A stretch of 61,799 nt of DNA, the filler included, from Trypethelium eluteriae (taxonomy: Eukaryota), in assembly GCA_051942245.1 (NCBI GenBank). It is 4 parts of 4 records of this genome, joined end to end, with 100 filler letters (N's around TTAATTAATTAA, not from the genome) between each part and the next. Parts side by side here need not be neighbours in the genome. Positions count along the whole stretch, not along the records: positions 46,499 to 61,799 come from JAVECL010000654.1; 3 more parts are not named here. One strand, given 5' to 3'. Of the stretch, positions 59,647 through 61,799 are shown piece after piece. The position numbers and the translations under genes were made by a program. The number at the start of each line of letters is the position of its first letter. Position 1 is the stretch's first letter. The notes beneath the pieces were generated by a model. The model was not told the origin of the DNA, did not search any database, and saw nothing but the letters and a program-made list of their open reading frames with translations.

Positions 59647-61799
59647 ATGAAGTGCTACATCCAGTTTCTCACAACGCCCACCGCGGATACCCGTGGTACA
59701 GCAATACTGCTTCACTTCGACAATAAGCGGTACATCATTGGTAATATTCATGAAGGTCTACAGCGGGCACTTATTCAGTTGGGACCAAAGTTGGGAAAGG
59801 TTGGAGAGATTTTCATGACGGGCCGGATGGAATGGAGCAATGTTGGAGGTCTCCTTGGCATGGTCTTAACACTGGCGGATAGCGCAGCATCCAGTGCAGC
59901 AGCTAAAGCAGAGGACCGAGAAAAGAGCTTAAAGAGAAAGGCCGAGAGAGAACAGATGAATGGAGGGCTGAGTCAGGGGGGAGGGGGTGATTCAGAACCT
60001 CTGAAAGGGGTGCAGCTAGACGAAATGTCAAGACTCACCTTGTTCGGAGCACCGAACCTCAACCATTTACTGGCGACCGCCAGGAAGTTCATCTTCCGAA
60101 AGGGGATGCCTTTGGAAGCAATAGAAATAGAGGATCAGAACGGAAAGGACCAGGATCGTAAATGGGCACCAACATGGTCAGATGAAAATGTCAAAGTCTG
60201 GGCCATGTCCGTCTTACCGCAGAGTCCACTTACTGAGCAAACGATTGGATCAGCGCCACTTAACCCTCGGAAGCGAAGTTTCGACATGGTTGACGTGGCG
60301 GATGCCGATGACATGACAAAAGAGCAATTGCGTGCACGGAATTTGCAAGTCACGAAAGCTGTTGTCTCTGACATGTTCGCTTCACAATGGAGCCTAGATG
60401 CACTCTTTGAAACCCCTTTATCCGAAGTACGACTTCCCGCTGCCCTCTTCGTTCGCGACGCAAAGACAAAGAAAATTGAAAGGTACACCGGGCCAGTTCC
60501 AGGAGGCCGGGAAACACTGCCGGATATCACTGTACTGGTACGAAAACCATGGCCTGGTGCAAATGTGAAGTCTCTACCACGTACAGAGCCTGCCAAGGAA
60601 GCTATCTCCTACATTTTCTGCTGCCATAGCGCACGTGGGAGATTCAGACCTGAGGAGGCTATTAAACTAGGCGTTGCCAAGCACGATTTCAGGAGGCTGG
60701 CCGCTGGAGAATCCGTTTTTACCACGGATGGGACTACCGTTTATCCTCATATGGTTCTGGAATCATCCAGGCCAGGTAACGGTGTTGCCGTTGTGGATAT
60801 CCCAACTGCTGACTACCTAGAACCTCTCATTAATCGAGAGGAATGGAGGTCAGAAGCTGTTGCCGGCGTAGGTGCTATAGTGTGGCTTCTTGGGAAAGAC
60901 GTTAGCCAGAGTCCTGCTCTACGCGGTTTTATGGAAGAGTTCAAGCATCTCCAGCACATTATCTCATCTCCGGATCATTCGATGAATCGGCTATCCCTGG
61001 ATTCTGCGGCGTCGGCGACGATTCGATTGAGCCAAATGGATTCGGATCGTTACCAGCCGCTCATTTCTACGAACAATGCTACATTGGAGACTAACGGTCC
61101 TACGCCAAATCAAGACCTTCCAAAGTCAGTTCACATCCCTGAACGAGGCGAAGTGCTGAATTTGATGCCTCGGTTCGAACGTGATGATAGGCCGAAGGTC
61201 CCACTCCTGGACATTGAGGCGGTCAAAGCAGAGACTTCAGCAGACGTATTGTCATCAGCGAGCGAGGCTACAAGAGGCATCGCAGCCGATGAAATGGAGT
61301 TGCGTCAGTGGGCTGATGGTCTCCCCAGCAATGACGCTGAGATAATTACCTTGGGAACCGGCTCAGCGTTGCCCTCGAAATATCGAAATGTTTCAGCAAC
61401 TCTCGTCCGCGTGCCGGGCTACGGATCAGTCCTTCTTGACTGTGGCGAGAATACGCTCGGTCAGCTACAACGCATTGCCAAGCCTGACGAACTGCGCGAG
61501 ATTTTGCGCGACCTTCGGATCATTTGGATCAGCCACATGCACGCTGACCATCACCTCGGCATTGTCTCTGTCATACGGGCCTGGTACACCGAAGTCCACG
61601 GAGCTCAACCTGCGGACACTATCCCCTTCTCCAGCGATCTCCACAGCAACCCAGCCAAGCTCATGAAAGAAAATCGCCTTGCCATCATCTCCGAAGGTTC
61701 CATGCTCCAATGGCTTCATGAGTACGGCGCCGTGGAAGACTATGGCTACTCTCGCCTCGCCCCCATCGCCATCACCCCGGCCAGCCCCAGCCAAAACAT
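59647..61799 (+). CDS. TRZ1: RNase Z, long form (tRNA 3' endonuclease), 3' truncated at window edge; possible non-AUG extension from 59140
   Basis: MKCYIQFLTTPTADT..LHFDNKRYIIGNIHEGLQR, ITLGTGSALPSKYRNVS, LLDCGENTLGQL and IWISHMHADHHLG (HxHxDH). Absent from the ORF track because no stop codon falls inside the window. Confidence 0.93.
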   Translation, partial: MKCYIQFLTTPTADTRGTAILLHFDNKRYIIGNIHEGLQRALIQLGPKLGKVGEIFMTGRMEWSNVGGLLGMVLTLADSAASSAAAKAEDREKSLKRKAEREQMNGGLSQGGGGDSEPLKGVQLDEMSRLTLFGAPNLNHLLATARKFIFRKGMPLEAIEIEDQNGKDQDRKWAPTWSDENVKVWAMSVLPQSPLTEQTIGSAPLNPRKRSFDMVDVADADDMTKEQLRARNLQVTKAVVSDMFASQWSLDALFETPLSEVRLPAALFVRDAKTKKIERYTGPVPGGRETLPDITVLVRKPWPGANVKSLPRTEPAKEAISYIFCCHSARGRFRPEEAIKLGVAKHDFRRLAAGESVFTTDGTTVYPHMVLESSRPGNGVAVVDIPTADYLEPLINREEWRSEAVAGVGAIVWLLGKDVSQSPALRGFMEEFKHLQHIISSPDHSMNRLSLDSAASATIRLSQMDSDRYQPLISTNNATLETNGPTPNQDLPKSVHIPERGEVLNLMPRFERDDRPKVPLLDIEAVKAETSADVLSSASEATRGIAADEMELRQWADGLPSNDAEIITLGTGSALPSKYRNVSATLVRVPGYGSVLLDCGENTLGQLQRIAKPDELREILRDLRIIWISHMHADHHLGIVSVIRAWYTEVHGAQPADTIPFSSDLHSNPAKLMKENRLAIISEGSMLQWLHEYGAVEDYGYSRLAPIAITPASPSQN

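Noticed and set aside
1..61799. Transposons, CRISPR arrays, rRNA or a secondary-metabolite cluster
   Set aside because: I saw no transposase or reverse-transcriptase motifs, terminal repeats, RIP-like AT-rich blocks, spaced direct repeats, rRNA sequence or PKS/NRPS backbone genes.

Overview
Intron-containing genomic DNA from a filamentous ascomycete (Pezizomycotina-type genes, short GT..AG introns with CTRAY-like branch sites). The window is not one locus. It is four ~15.3-15.4 kb contigs in descending length order, joined by identical 100-bp artificial linkers (44N-TTAATTAATTAA-44N), so adjacency across 15420-15519, 30915-31014 and 46399-46498 is not evidence of linkage. I could build about 24 protein-coding genes, mostly housekeeping: bestrophin-like channel, isochorismatase, S10 carboxypeptidase, GST, DMA1, MAS2, kinesin, DUF3431 fusion, F-box protein, two PPR proteins, CON7, ALG14, NEM1, GCD7, kelch membrane protein, CCP1, amino-acid permease, acid phosphatase, cnxABC/MOCS1, bZIP factor and TRZ1. 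The most interesting items are (1) a six-exon 400-aa orphan with a DEG/ENaC/PAC-like channel architecture next to a bestrophin-like gene, (2) a 178-codon AUG-free in-frame N-terminal extension of RNase Z that looks like a UUG-initiated mitochondrial presequence, (3) a moaA stop codon lying inside an intron, which would switch between MoaA ending in Gly-Gly and a MoaA-MoaC fusion, and (4) recurrent strand-symmetric C-rich to G-rich skew switches that coincide with most contig breaks. All calls come from manual reading and motif recognition; no database search was run.
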